Shown piece after piece: positions 41,701-50,334 of a DNA stretch of 64,000 nt. The translations under genes and the position numbers were made by a program. Every line of letters begins with the position of its first letter. Position 1 is the stretch's first letter. Source of the DNA: a virus; IMG/VR virus record IMGVR_UViG_3300017986_004441, positions 1 to 64,000 of that record; one strand, written 5' to 3'. Under the pieces are notes generated by a model. That model worked only from the letters and a program-made list of their open reading frames with translations. It did not search any database and was not told the DNA's origin.

Positions 41701-42110
41701 GAGATACCGTTAGGACATATAATGATATTGCTTATGGCGCCAATAGTAGGGTGGCAGTTCCTCTAGAAGGGGGTGGGGGCGCAGGAACAGCTGGTGGACA
41801 CTGGGAGAATGACGTCAATGACAATGGCTATTGTCCTTTAAATACTAATTGTCCGGATCCTGTCATGTATGCGGGCATTTCAAATGAACTAATGACAGGT
41901 TTCTACAACCCCTTAGCAAAATTGTCTAGATTAACATTAAATTTCTTTAAAGATCTCGGTTACCATCTTGCTACACAAGATGATATTGGCGAAGGTGATT
42001 TCGATGCGATTTATCCTGAGACGCAAATTCAACAATTGTCATCTACAAACAAATCTTCCAAGAAAACCAAGAATAGAATTATAGGCAAATGTTCAAAAAA
42101 TAAGAAATAG
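38769..42110 (+). CDS. Circularly permuted, insertion-bearing FGE-sulfatase domain fused to a leishmanolysin-like (M8) zinc metalloprotease
   Basis: Motif order: GTYDQSGNVEE, then RGGSF..VGFRIG, then VLVGDEGN..IGKYTVTNSEY..FLN..PVVGVSW..YCNWLH..PNENEWYKAAY. The C-terminus has HEMCHALGFG, VPLEGGGGAGTAGGHWE, NELMTG and LTL..FKDLGY. SD AGGAG. Confidence 0.85.
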   Translation: MSTANISNTFPVDLNARGTTCVGTSGPSSWFGTYDQSGNVEEYIEKGVLFSTTEDYIPPDYVVGVGFQSAKYTNKYLNEKRAERRKNNQDLYIETQVVNFFVWFNSILGGYAQNIPQDQRNAGSNLIFINDEYTPYIQIGMYVSGPGVSNNTKVERIETMTYNSGGIKWRLVRLDKNLDWNTYEFNDGIGTRLGGIEERIYFGFRYLAENENIYQQISTVLVADYIPEGYGNEYPEPLNTLFVPVSSLGAIRTGWAVYGDNVPDNTYVKYVSMNGVNFPEINDIEYAEVVLNNPYIAPTSMTTNSNGSYGFVSLGFLSGFYGETALPPPLPTTPTPEPIQIRTSFGFGKALRGGSFLSSQEASGKNAPLSYLPVNDFSESVGFRIGSIAEERDVDARFYDPNSTYGFGLRNIFIEISTIASTYEEAATLIRAGMKISGNGIDFDTYVTSVAKRNDTWMQVTISRDMMIDELAPNGLFGTTVCTLPNDPVEPWDPNSGAPPPPPSPFIRCALSTLNFSMSNPAHMKNMVLVGDEGNSPDGFTPGYGRVNYKYWIGKYTVTNSEYVAFLNSVGNTIEGQENLNALYNPASSENNLNMSVGIDRDIWLHLPAGLLGNNQDIYFIEYASVDGMADHPVVGVSWPQAAQYCNWLHNNSNGNWGSTQVNTGAYNFVNETIQNMRRASNARYFIPNENEWYKAAYGGKRYGGYYSIQATKQDNITPVAYQDSSEINLANTPDAWNNGMPMIEVEDFTRRGALFDSTQGTSLFNRFLFDEYISRARPGTSLRWISIFNRAADILDSYISHVRWSFGNVWNANTRTTEVARFFSLDTSLYDNMKRNCESLELAIGPGDSWFRGCRYSGMVLAFLTFYNDATSGTIASCATLTYRDNTGARVNLATTMPHHNQEGADNRTIPLAFATNINLAQDDDLTDEEWVKVLTHEMCHALGFGTVTTQLLPNGCIVNDDINNPYISNEVFPNMRDTVRTYNDIAYGANSRVAVPLEGGGGAGTAGGHWENDVNDNGYCPLNTNCPDPVMYAGISNELMTGFYNPLAKLSRLTLNFFKDLGYHLATQDDIGEGDFDAIYPETQIQQLSSTNKSSKKTKNRIIGKCSKNKK

Positions 42111-42112
42111 TA

Positions 42113-42436
42113 CTATTTTTTATTGGGGTTATATTTGTACCATCCTCCATTTTGCATATAGTTCCCACTATCATCTTTTCTTTTCGGGAATAGTGTGCCA
42201 CCCTTTTTGTGTTGACCAAAAGAAAGAACCGCTCCACATTCCTTACATCTAAGTTCGTAGTAGTCATTATCTTCTACTGTTCTAACAACAAACTTGATAT
42301 TATTTTTGTGACATACGCCACAGCTGCTTTCTCCAAAAATTTCATCTATAATAGCTAGTTCTTTAAACATTTCCTTTTGTCCACTAGCTTCTAATTCTAA
42401 TGATATCTTATCGCTTGCTTTATATGTACCTTTCAT
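42113..42436 (-). CDS. Zinc-ribbon hypothetical protein
   Basis: CGVC...CKEC; start placed at the TAATG overlap (42436). Confidence 0.7.
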   Translation of the reverse strand: MKGTYKASDKISLELEASGQKEMFKELAIIDEIFGESSCGVCHKNNIKFVVRTVEDNDYYELRCKECGAVLSFGQHKKGGTLFPKRKDDSGNYMQNGGWYKYNPNKK

Positions 42437-43164
42437 TATTTCCACTCCGGTGTGTAATCTAGTATATCTTCTGAAATGCTATCTAGATCTTGTTGATACT
42501 TAGATAGCTGCCTAATTATCTTAACTGCATCTGCATGAGAGGTAGTATAAATATTTTTTTCCTCTATACCATTCTTTTTTAACAGATTAGTTATATTGAT
42601 ATTAAGCCTTTTGGCTAATACGTCAATAAAATTTATCTGATTATTTGTAATTTTTCCTACAGTATCCTTATCCGGATGGTCTTCTATTTCTTCCGCTATC
42701 TCTTCTGCTGCCACGACCTTTCTGAGCCTCAAGGCCCTGCGCAAAGCCCTGCCTTCAGCTCGGGTTTCAGCAACGGCCACTGGGTGATTTCTGAATATTT
42801 TGTCACAGTTGCCCCAATAAACATCTGCTGCCCCATTGACGGTGATTGTATTAAATTGAGTATCAGCACCAGTGTCTTTTAAAACATATGTCAGAGAATG
42901 AATCACAGTAGCTCTGTTGCCATTATCTGGGTCTGGGGACTGACATACTTCGGATACAGATTTCGTTACCACACAACCCATAACTGTCTCAAAAATTCTG
43001 CGCAAACCATCTGTGGTTGGATTGCCTTTGATTTTTTCGTCTTCGGATAATACCTCCAATACGTAGTCTGTCCAACCAATATCCGCTATCGTTGGTGTTG
43101 CAGAATTAGGGGTTGATTCTGTACTATCTGCTTGTGTTTTTGTAGATGATGCTTTTTTTGCCAT
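42436..43164 (-). CDS. Putative Rad52/Sak-like single-strand annealing protein
   Basis: G.ADV...AVAETRAEGRALRRAL motif and C-terminal ITNNQINFI helix. Confidence 0.5.
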   Translation of the reverse strand: MAKKASSTKTQADSTESTPNSATPTIADIGWTDYVLEVLSEDEKIKGNPTTDGLRRIFETVMGCVVTKSVSEVCQSPDPDNGNRATVIHSLTYVLKDTGADTQFNTITVNGAADVYWGNCDKIFRNHPVAVAETRAEGRALRRALRLRKVVAAEEIAEEIEDHPDKDTVGKITNNQINFIDVLAKRLNINITNLLKKNGIEEKNIYTTSHADAVKIIRQLSKYQQDLDSISEDILDYTPEWK

Positions 43165-43166
43165 TT

Positions 43167-43973
43167 CTATTTATCCTTTATTTCGAAATATTTATCTGGT
43201 GTTGAAAATCCATCGGTCAATTTGTTAACTAGTGTCAATAACTTATCTAGCATTATGCTGGACCTGGATATTGAAAAATCCATTGTCTGTTTAATCCTAA
43301 CTAAGTTCATGCCCTTGCCCAAAATGAGTCCTTGTTTTTTATTGTCATAGGTCTGGGTTTTTTTGAGAGCATCTTCGCCCCAAACTGGATCAAAATGAGA
43401 AGGCCCATCGACCTCTATAGCCAAATTTATACTAGGCACGAAAAGATCTATCTGCAACTTAGTATTTACTAATGTTTGCTCATAATGAAATTTAGTATCT
43501 ATTCCGGCAGCAAGCAGTCCTTCGAGTAGAAATTTTTCCAACTTAGAGCCTGTTCTGCTAGACACCCTGATAGCGTCTGTGGCAGCTTTTTGTAAATTGG
43601 CTCTTTCTTCTTGGCTCTTGCTTTTCCATATTTGTTGTTGTTTGTTTTTGAAGGATTGCAATTTATGCTCGTCCATATCCTCCCAGCTTTGCAAAACTTT
43701 CATTCCTATTTTGCGTTTTGTTTCAGCAGATCTTTGTTTGCCTTTTGTTGGGTGTTCCACCTTGCCTTGGGACAATACGTTCTTTTGGGCCTCACTCTTG
43801 GACCTAATCGGTATATTAAGTTTTTTAGCATCTCTTCTGATTTTATTGGCATAGGTGCTATAGATTTTGGCTATTTCATCAAAACTTTTTTTGTCTTGGA
43901 TATAATATTGTTGTAATATAGAAGTTTTTTCTTTTTCTGTTAATGTATTATATGATTTCTTTGATTGTGTCAT
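43167..43973 (-). CDS. NUMOD3-like + DUF559/Vsr-like endonuclease
   Basis: HTH-like N-terminus; KGKQRSAETKRKIG; SKLE..IDLFVPSINLAIEVDGPSH..D..K..G..LVRI. Confidence 0.75.
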   Translation of the reverse strand: MTQSKKSYNTLTEKEKTSILQQYYIQDKKSFDEIAKIYSTYANKIRRDAKKLNIPIRSKSEAQKNVLSQGKVEHPTKGKQRSAETKRKIGMKVLQSWEDMDEHKLQSFKNKQQQIWKSKSQEERANLQKAATDAIRVSSRTGSKLEKFLLEGLLAAGIDTKFHYEQTLVNTKLQIDLFVPSINLAIEVDGPSHFDPVWGEDALKKTQTYDNKKQGLILGKGMNLVRIKQTMDFSISRSSIMLDKLLTLVNKLTDGFSTPDKYFEIKDK

Positions 43974-44403
43974 ATTTTAGTTCCTCACATATTTTTAAAG
44001 GTTTTTTCCAACAAATAGTATATAGGTCATACAGCTCTTGGCTTTGTGCTATAAATTCTAAATTTTTGGTTTCAAATAAGCTTTTATTGTAAGAATAAGC
44101 GCTAGTATTATTGCTCCAGAAAGTATCAGTTGCATACATAAAAATTTTATCGATATTTGGAAAATATTTTGCTAATAACAATGAGGTTGTATCAAATATC
44201 AACAAATTGCCATAAAAAAATTTGGCTTGAGAAATATGAAGTATTGGAACATTCATATTATCTATTTTTGAATTTTTACTATTAAAGACACATATCTGAT
44301 TGTAGGGATTATCGTCTATTATCTGTTTTGCGGTAGTGAGTATGTGATCGTATATACTATTATTGTCTAATGCTAATAAAATAATTCCTAAATCTTTTTT
44401 CAT
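43948..44403 (-). CDS. Hypothetical protein, glycosyltransferase-like fragment
   Basis: 151-aa alpha/beta protein; last gene of the coupled GT-like cluster. Confidence 0.5.
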   Translation of the reverse strand: MKKDLGIILLALDNNSIYDHILTTAKQIIDDNPYNQICVFNSKNSKIDNMNVPILHISQAKFFYGNLLIFDTTSLLLAKYFPNIDKIFMYATDTFWSNNTSAYSYNKSLFETKNLEFIAQSQELYDLYTICWKKPLKICEELKYDTIKEII

Positions 44404-45053
44404 AATATTGTTTCTATATATTCGGGGTAGGTTTTGTAGTTAATATCATCAAAAGATACATCCTGCCAGTCTAAATTCACGACCTGACATCCACACATAT
44501 TTGCCTCTACAGCATAATTCATATTGTTAGATATGAAACACTTTGTATTATTTAATACTTGTGCTTTTTCGTCCTCTGTTAAATATCCTAAATTTTGCGG
44601 ATGTTTAATATTTGTATTATTGAACAATAGTATTCTGTCTTTTGTCTGTGGGTAAAGCCTGTTTATTAGTTGTTGGGGCATCTTTTCGTCATAGTCTAAA
44701 AAGTAACAATAGTCTATTTCTCTTATTGTTGCATCGGTCTTTTTGAATCTTTGCGTATTACAAAGTAATGGCATGTTTGAATGATTTATTACGGTTATAT
44801 GTTCTGGCCACTCTAGAGAATTCTTGGATTCTTCTGTATACACTATGATTTTTTTGTCTTTGATATTTTGGCAGAAATGATGTTCTTCGTGTCCCATCTG
44901 CTTATGCGAAAAGATATATACATCTGGATTGATTTGTGATTTTATCTTGTAAATATTTCTATCTATATTAGCAAAAATAATATTGTATTTATGAATTAAG
45001 CTATCTAGATTAGAGATGAATTTATTTTGTGATTGCTGTACTAATATATTCAT
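44400..45053 (-). CDS. Degenerate GT-B glycosyltransferase-like protein
   Basis: LGYLTEDEKAQVLNNTKCFI....AVEANMCGCQVV resembles the GT-B donor-binding half. Confidence 0.55.
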   Translation of the reverse strand: MNILVQQSQNKFISNLDSLIHKYNIIFANIDRNIYKIKSQINPDVYIFSHKQMGHEEHHFCQNIKDKKIIVYTEESKNSLEWPEHITVINHSNMPLLCNTQRFKKTDATIREIDYCYFLDYDEKMPQQLINRLYPQTKDRILLFNNTNIKHPQNLGYLTEDEKAQVLNNTKCFISNNMNYAVEANMCGCQVVNLDWQDVSFDDINYKTYPEYIETIL

Positions 45054-45721
45054 AAAAATCTTTTTGCTCTCCTTATGTCTTCTTGACCATTAACTTTCAT
45101 TATGTCCCTATAAGAAACTATAGACTCATGTATTATATCTTTGTCATAAAGCATATTAATAATCTCAAACAAAAAATATTTAGATATATCAAAGCTGTTA
45201 TGAATTTCTATTATTTTTTTGAGAGATTGGGCATTTAAGAATATGCACTCCGTCCATTTTCTAGAAAGTCCATAAAAAAGATATTTCGATTCTTCGGATT
45301 CGGATCCGATTTCAAAATCCTCTTTTTTCCTATCTGTGAAATATATAGTAGATTTATTATTTTTTTTTAATCTCTTGAAACACTCTTTTTTAAACAGTAC
45401 GCCGTTATTCACAATAAACACATCATCCACTGAGTCTATATGATTAATATAATTGATAATATGTTTGCATTGGTTATACTCATTATACTTTTTCTCATTT
45501 ATGGTTGTTACATTATTATAGTCTTCAATACTCTTTAGTACTCTATTGTGTTGAAATCCAGTAGATATAAAAATTCTATTCCTTCTATTAATGGACTTAA
45601 TAATTCTGATCTGAGTATCTAGTACGCTATATTGAGAATTAATTTTTATTAATGATTTTGGTCCGATAGACTTCATTCCCTTAGTTATTTCGGGCATAAT
45701 GATTAGATAATTATTACTCAT
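45050..45721 (-). CDS. Sugar-nucleotidyltransferase-like (NTP_transferase/LicC-like) protein with atypical N-terminal motif
   Basis: KGMKSIGPKSLIKIN..VLDTQI...IFISTGFQ...VFIVNNGVLF. It lacks the canonical LAAG.G.R. Confidence 0.6.
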   Translation of the reverse strand: MSNNYLIIMPEITKGMKSIGPKSLIKINSQYSVLDTQIRIIKSINRRNRIFISTGFQHNRVLKSIEDYNNVTTINEKKYNEYNQCKHIINYINHIDSVDDVFIVNNGVLFKKECFKRLKKNNKSTIYFTDRKKEDFEIGSESEESKYLFYGLSRKWTECIFLNAQSLKKIIEIHNSFDISKYFLFEIINMLYDKDIIHESIVSYRDIMKVNGQEDIRRAKRFL

Positions 45722-46436
45722 AGTATTTTTTAACAATGGTGTTGTTATTAGACAGAAAATCGATATACTTTGAGCTATGCTCTCTCTTTAATAAGCTTAA
45801 ATTATTGGCAGATAGACATAATCCATCCAAATTACTGTCGTTTTTTCTAATGGCAGCATAATGTGGTTTTTTAACATTATATAAAAAGTTGATATAGTTT
45901 AAGTCTTCCTGTAGTTGCGACATGCTTTTCCAATGTATATATATAATAAAATCAACCCGTAAAGTATTTACATTTAGTATATCAAAAAGTCTTTCATTTT
46001 CTGATTGATTTTTTATAATAAGATTATGTATTTTCCAATCTGATATCATTTCAGATTGATAGTGTTTTACTGTGTTCTTTAATTGTTCTTTATTGAGGAA
46101 TGTTATTATAGATATCTTGTATGGGATATTATTTAATGTGTTTATATTTTTGGGAATAGATAATATCTCATTTTCTGATTTGTCCGAAGCGTCTACTACG
46201 AGATAGTAATTTAGCTTGTTTTGCTGCCTAACAAATTCTTCTATGTCTTCTGGCAGCTTATCTTTATATTTATCAAAAGACTGTTTAGAAAACGCATACG
46301 AACACTTGTAGTCTTGTATATAGTTATATCCGTCTTGTTTTTTTAGTTCATAGCTATCTTTGATCAGATCTGGAATATTAAATGAACAACCATAATTGGA
46401 CTTGCTAAAATAGCAGTCTTCACATTTGGTATTCAT
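45714..46436 (-). CDS. Hypothetical protein with N-terminal Cys motif
   Basis: CEDCYF....GC...C; overlaps its neighbours in the cluster. Confidence 0.6.
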   Translation of the reverse strand: MNTKCEDCYFSKSNYGCSFNIPDLIKDSYELKKQDGYNYIQDYKCSYAFSKQSFDKYKDKLPEDIEEFVRQQNKLNYYLVVDASDKSENEILSIPKNINTLNNIPYKISIITFLNKEQLKNTVKHYQSEMISDWKIHNLIIKNQSENERLFDILNVNTLRVDFIIYIHWKSMSQLQEDLNYINFLYNVKKPHYAAIRKNDSNLDGLCLSANNLSLLKREHSSKYIDFLSNNNTIVKKYYE

Positions 46437-46846
46437 AGCTTACTCCTTATTACGGTATATGAAGCAAACGAGCCGTCAAATGTGATTTGATCTATATCTA
46501 TATCTGTGTTTTTATGAAATATTTCAATTATGTTAGATCTATCTAATAAGCACTTAATTGATGAAATATATTGACATATTTCGTCTTTGCTTAGGTCTCC
46601 ATTATGATAATTAGAAATCATTTGATCCCAATCAAGAAGTCTAAAGGTTAATTTTGCATTGTGTTTTAATTTATTACACAATAGCGATAGGATGTTAATC
46701 GCCTGATCTTTTGAGAGTAGGTTCATGAAAGATATATTGATGTGAGCTTCTGAAAAATTAGGTATAGAGTCTATATCAGAAATGCTTACATTGTTTGCGC
46801 CCTCTAGAGAATAATTATTTTGATAAGATATATTGGTAATTTTCAT
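46433..46846 (-). CDS. Truncated SAM-methyltransferase-like protein
   Basis: ILSLLCNKLKHNAKLTFRLLD resembles the class I MTase LKPGG.L segment. No GxG motif I. Confidence 0.4.
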   Translation of the reverse strand: MKITNISYQNNYSLEGANNVSISDIDSIPNFSEAHINISFMNLLSKDQAINILSLLCNKLKHNAKLTFRLLDWDQMISNYHNGDLSKDEICQYISSIKCLLDRSNIIEIFHKNTDIDIDQITFDGSFASYTVIRSKL

Positions 46847-47676
46847 TTAGAAATTTCCTGTAAAATTGAATTAAAGTTATTGACAGAATAATATTCTTGT
46901 ATAATTGAGGTTGAAGGCGCTGGCTTTGAGAGACAAGATACCACACATCGATATATATCGTCGTATGTTTTAAAGTTGGTAATTAAATCTTTTTCTGGAT
47001 AATTATTTAAATTCATGTTAGTAATAATATTACACCCACATGACAAGCCGCATAATACATTTAGTCTTGAACTGAAATCTAAAATGGCTTTATATGGAGA
47101 TATAGCATCAAATATTGATTTGATGTCAAGAGTGATGGACTTAACTATATTTACATTAATACCCTTCTGTTGTAAAGATGACGCTATGTTGTTTACCATA
47201 TTATTGTTTTCTAGATTAAAAATCAAAAGGTCTTTTGTTTTTGGTGAATCTTTTCTGTATTCCGGTATTGCATAATTGCAATTGATGGCATTTGATACAT
47301 ATCCATCCGATCGCCTATTGAAATTGATTACATGGACATTATTAATATTTTTTTGCAATATTAGGAGATCTTCTCTTTTGGTTTTTGACAAATCATCATG
47401 ATTAAAGATAAGCAGATCAGTATTAGTATTAAATATATTATCTATTTGTTCTGCATTGACAAACACAGAATTTAGTGCAGTAAAGTTGTAGTTGATGTCT
47501 AATATGGTGGAGTTGTTTTGGTGTTTAATAAATAAAAACCTATCATCTGTCATATCCATTACTAACGCATCAAATATAGACCCATGACCATGATACAATA
47601 TGTTATATCTATGATTCAGTGTCTTGGATTTAATTTTTTGGTAAAGATTATTACTTGACCATTCTGATTTTAACAT
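46843..47676 (-). CDS. Degenerate glycosyltransferase-like protein
   Basis: 277 aa; LNVLCGLSCGCNIITN sits at the position of the GT-B EAMACG.PVI motif. Confidence 0.45.
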   Translation of the reverse strand: MLKSEWSSNNLYQKIKSKTLNHRYNILYHGHGSIFDALVMDMTDDRFLFIKHQNNSTILDINYNFTALNSVFVNAEQIDNIFNTNTDLLIFNHDDLSKTKREDLLILQKNINNVHVINFNRRSDGYVSNAINCNYAIPEYRKDSPKTKDLLIFNLENNNMVNNIASSLQQKGINVNIVKSITLDIKSIFDAISPYKAILDFSSRLNVLCGLSCGCNIITNMNLNNYPEKDLITNFKTYDDIYRCVVSCLSKPAPSTSIIQEYYSVNNFNSILQEISK

Positions 47677-48626
47677 AATATGTCTGCAAGTTGTGATATC
47701 GGATATTTACTAGGTTCTTTTTTATGTGATAGTATGTTTTCTTTGAGGCTCTTTTTTATGATGGTATACTGCGTTTGGTTGTGATCGCTTAATTTATCTA
47801 GATCTAAATCTCCATAGGATATAATGGTGTTATTATTTTTAGAGGCCAAAGAACAATTACTAATTAATTCATATTGATTATTTATGGATAAGAATATATC
47901 AGCAGAGCTATGGAGAGAGCTTAGTCTGGAATGTGAAAGATTATCTAACATTAATAAGACCTTATCTTCCTTATTGGTGTGCAGATCTGATTTGCATTGT
48001 TCGTAGTAAGATATTAGATCTTTCTTATTTGATGTGTTTGTTTCGCAACAAATAATAAGGCATATATTGTCATTTTGATTGCAGCAATCGATAAATGTTG
48101 GTATTAATGATCTTATAGAAGCTTTGTCTCCATCATAATTGCCAATAAAATAATATTTTTTATAAGAGGAGTAGATGCCTAGATCGAGCGTGTACTTGCT
48201 GGTACTTTTGGTCGATTGTGGGTATGGTATTTTAAAAATATTAGAATTAGAGATACCTATATCCAAAAATTTCTCATAGTCGAAATCGTTAAAAACAAAT
48301 ATGCCATCAAATTCTTTTAGCTTATTGTGGTACTTGGTATTGATTGATAGGTCTTGTTGGGTTATAGGTATCAAATAATTTTTTGTATAGCGATTAATAG
48401 ATGCTGTTTCTATTAAACAATGAGTGATGACGGCATCAGGCATTTTGCTAAGTTCAGACATTCTCAAATAAGGAATGGTCGAAGATTTCTCATCATCATA
48501 CCCAGAATAGATAGGATATGCATATGTTTGTATTTGGTTAAGTGTACATATGTCTTCCAGTATGCTTGCAGAGCAATAGCCTATAGCATTGTTGGATTGG
48601 AACGGTCCATTATAAAGTATTTTCAT
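47670..48626 (-). CDS. GT4-like glycosyltransferase lacking the EX7E motif
   Basis: MKILYNGPF....GY; YYFIGNY..DK..LI.TF; LS...LSSLHSSADIFLS, with no EGFG.P..EA. Start moved to ATG 48626. Confidence 0.6.
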   Translation of the reverse strand: MKILYNGPFQSNNAIGYCSASILEDICTLNQIQTYAYPIYSGYDDEKSSTIPYLRMSELSKMPDAVITHCLIETASINRYTKNYLIPITQQDLSINTKYHNKLKEFDGIFVFNDFDYEKFLDIGISNSNIFKIPYPQSTKSTSKYTLDLGIYSSYKKYYFIGNYDGDKASIRSLIPTFIDCCNQNDNICLIICCETNTSNKKDLISYYEQCKSDLHTNKEDKVLLMLDNLSHSRLSSLHSSADIFLSINNQYELISNCSLASKNNNTIISYGDLDLDKLSDHNQTQYTIIKKSLKENILSHKKEPSKYPISQLADILC

Positions 48627-50265
48627 TTTTGTTTTTAAGTTTGGCGTATTGTATGAAGTCATCATTGAATCTTATGTTTTCTTTTATTACTGCACCTAAT
48701 TCGTTATTATTATTAATTAGTATATTTAATTGCTCTATGGCGCTATTTATATCATAATGATGATACGACATTCCATTTTGCTGAAAACCATAATCTATAT
48801 CATTTAAAATAGTGAGAATTTTATGAGAAGAAAACATATTAATATCTCCAAGGTTATTTTTGCATATAGATATAATATTTTCTAAGTCTGCATTTTCTTT
48901 AATATTTGTGATTTTTTGCATAGATACTGGCCGATCCCAGTGACCAGGTGCCTGCGGCTCTATTTGATCCAAATATTTTTCCCATTTCTTTGACACATCG
49001 TCCCAATTGTAAAATTTTTCTGTCAATGTTCTTATTTCGGTTCTCTTTTTTTCTACAATAGGAGCTGGCCAGCTCATGACTGTTTTGATAGCAGAAATCA
49101 AATCGTCATTATTGGGATATACCCTAATCGCTCTAGTTTCTAATTCTTTAAAATACGTTTGAACACCAACAGGAAAAGCTTTTAATTTTTGAATAATGTC
49201 GCACATAGCGCTGTAGTCTATAGTTGCTATGGGGATACCACAAGCTGCTGCCTCTACTTGAGGCATCCCAAAGCCTTCACATATTGCATATTGTACATAA
49301 ATGTCAAAAACGTTATATATGACAGACAATTGCTTTGATTCAATACCAGCTGAAACACTAGGAAAGACTTTATTTTTAGATAGGCATTTATCGCATATGG
49401 TGCTGGGACCAGCAAACACTCCGCATGTAACATCATTGCACTTTTTGCACACATATGTAAAAAGCACCCTATTGGCCAATCTATGTTCTTTTAACAGCTC
49501 AGGGATGTCCCAGCCTGCATCGGGATAGCTTGTATGTAAATATAAAAATGGTATTTGCTTAACCAGGCTATTATTTTCTAGTTCATCCAAAAGACTTCTG
49601 AAAGACTTAAACAATTCCGGTATTAGTTTTCTTTTTTGGTTTCTCATTACCGAGCCGATAATAAATGCATCGTTCGGTATATTCATTGCTCTTCTGCATT
49701 TGGTTTTGTCCTGGATTTTAAAAGTTGAAAGATCTACTCCTGGAGAAGCAGTATCAACATAGTTAATTTGTCCGCTAGATTGTTTTTCTAGTGTTTTTGC
49801 CCCCCAATCAGAATAAGTAAAAATAGCATCAGCGTCTAGGAAGGTGCTGATCCATGATTGTTGCTGTGGGGCAGAATCTACTGTCGGCATCAGAATCCAA
49901 TGAAAGAACTTTCTAGCTGGAGAAAGCTCTTGATAACTAGACATCCAATAATCTCTAATGTCTATAACAACATCAGGCTTAAAGTCAATGACAACTTTAT
50001 CAAATCTCCACCTACCGAACATATTGTCAGACCTAGATGAATATTCGTTATATCTAGGATCGGTTTTTTGCACAGCGTTTGCATAAATAGTCCAAGGGGT
50101 CTTTGAATCTCTTGGGTCATTTACATTGGCATAACTTGCAAATTCCGCTATATCATATTTATTGGTATTATATAATCGGGTCAATAGTTCTTTGGCATAG
50201 ATCGAAAAGCCAGAATTGAGGAAACTGGCTTCTGAGCACATCAATATTTTTAATTTTTTCATCAT
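48610..50265 (-). CDS. GT4 family (GT-B) glycosyltransferase with inserted zinc ribbon
   Basis: SPGVDLSTF, IGSVMRNQKRK, YNVFDIYVQYAICEGFGMPQVEAAACGIP (EX7E); CKKC...CDKC insert. Confidence 0.9.
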   Translation of the reverse strand: MMKKLKILMCSEASFLNSGFSIYAKELLTRLYNTNKYDIAEFASYANVNDPRDSKTPWTIYANAVQKTDPRYNEYSSRSDNMFGRWRFDKVVIDFKPDVVIDIRDYWMSSYQELSPARKFFHWILMPTVDSAPQQQSWISTFLDADAIFTYSDWGAKTLEKQSSGQINYVDTASPGVDLSTFKIQDKTKCRRAMNIPNDAFIIGSVMRNQKRKLIPELFKSFRSLLDELENNSLVKQIPFLYLHTSYPDAGWDIPELLKEHRLANRVLFTYVCKKCNDVTCGVFAGPSTICDKCLSKNKVFPSVSAGIESKQLSVIYNVFDIYVQYAICEGFGMPQVEAAACGIPIATIDYSAMCDIIQKLKAFPVGVQTYFKELETRAIRVYPNNDDLISAIKTVMSWPAPIVEKKRTEIRTLTEKFYNWDDVSKKWEKYLDQIEPQAPGHWDRPVSMQKITNIKENADLENIISICKNNLGDINMFSSHKILTILNDIDYGFQQNGMSYHHYDINSAIEQLNILINNNNELGAVIKENIRFNDDFIQYAKLKNKNENTL

Positions 50266-50282
50266 TATTTTTTGGACGATAC

Positions 50283-50312
50283 AAAAATAGCGAGGAATGA
50301 ATCCTCGCTATT
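50283..50312 (-). terminator. Rho-independent terminator downstream of ssb
   Basis: The minus strand reads AATAGCGAGGA-TTCAT-TCCTCGCTATT-TTTGT: an 11-bp perfect stem running into a T tract. Confidence 0.8.
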
Positions 50313-50334
50313 CATGGTTAAGAATTAAGATTCA

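Noticed and set aside
1-42110. Eukaryotic giant virus or eukaryotic origin, suggested by mucin-like, RCC1, FG-GAP and leishmanolysin modules
   Set aside because: The linked DnaE/DnaB/DnaG/SSB/RecA genes, SD sequences, sigma70 promoter and overlapping operons indicate a bacterial virus.
42100-42125. Bidirectional terminator at the convergence of the two gene blocks
   Set aside because: The stop codons are only 2 nt apart and I found no convincing hairpin.
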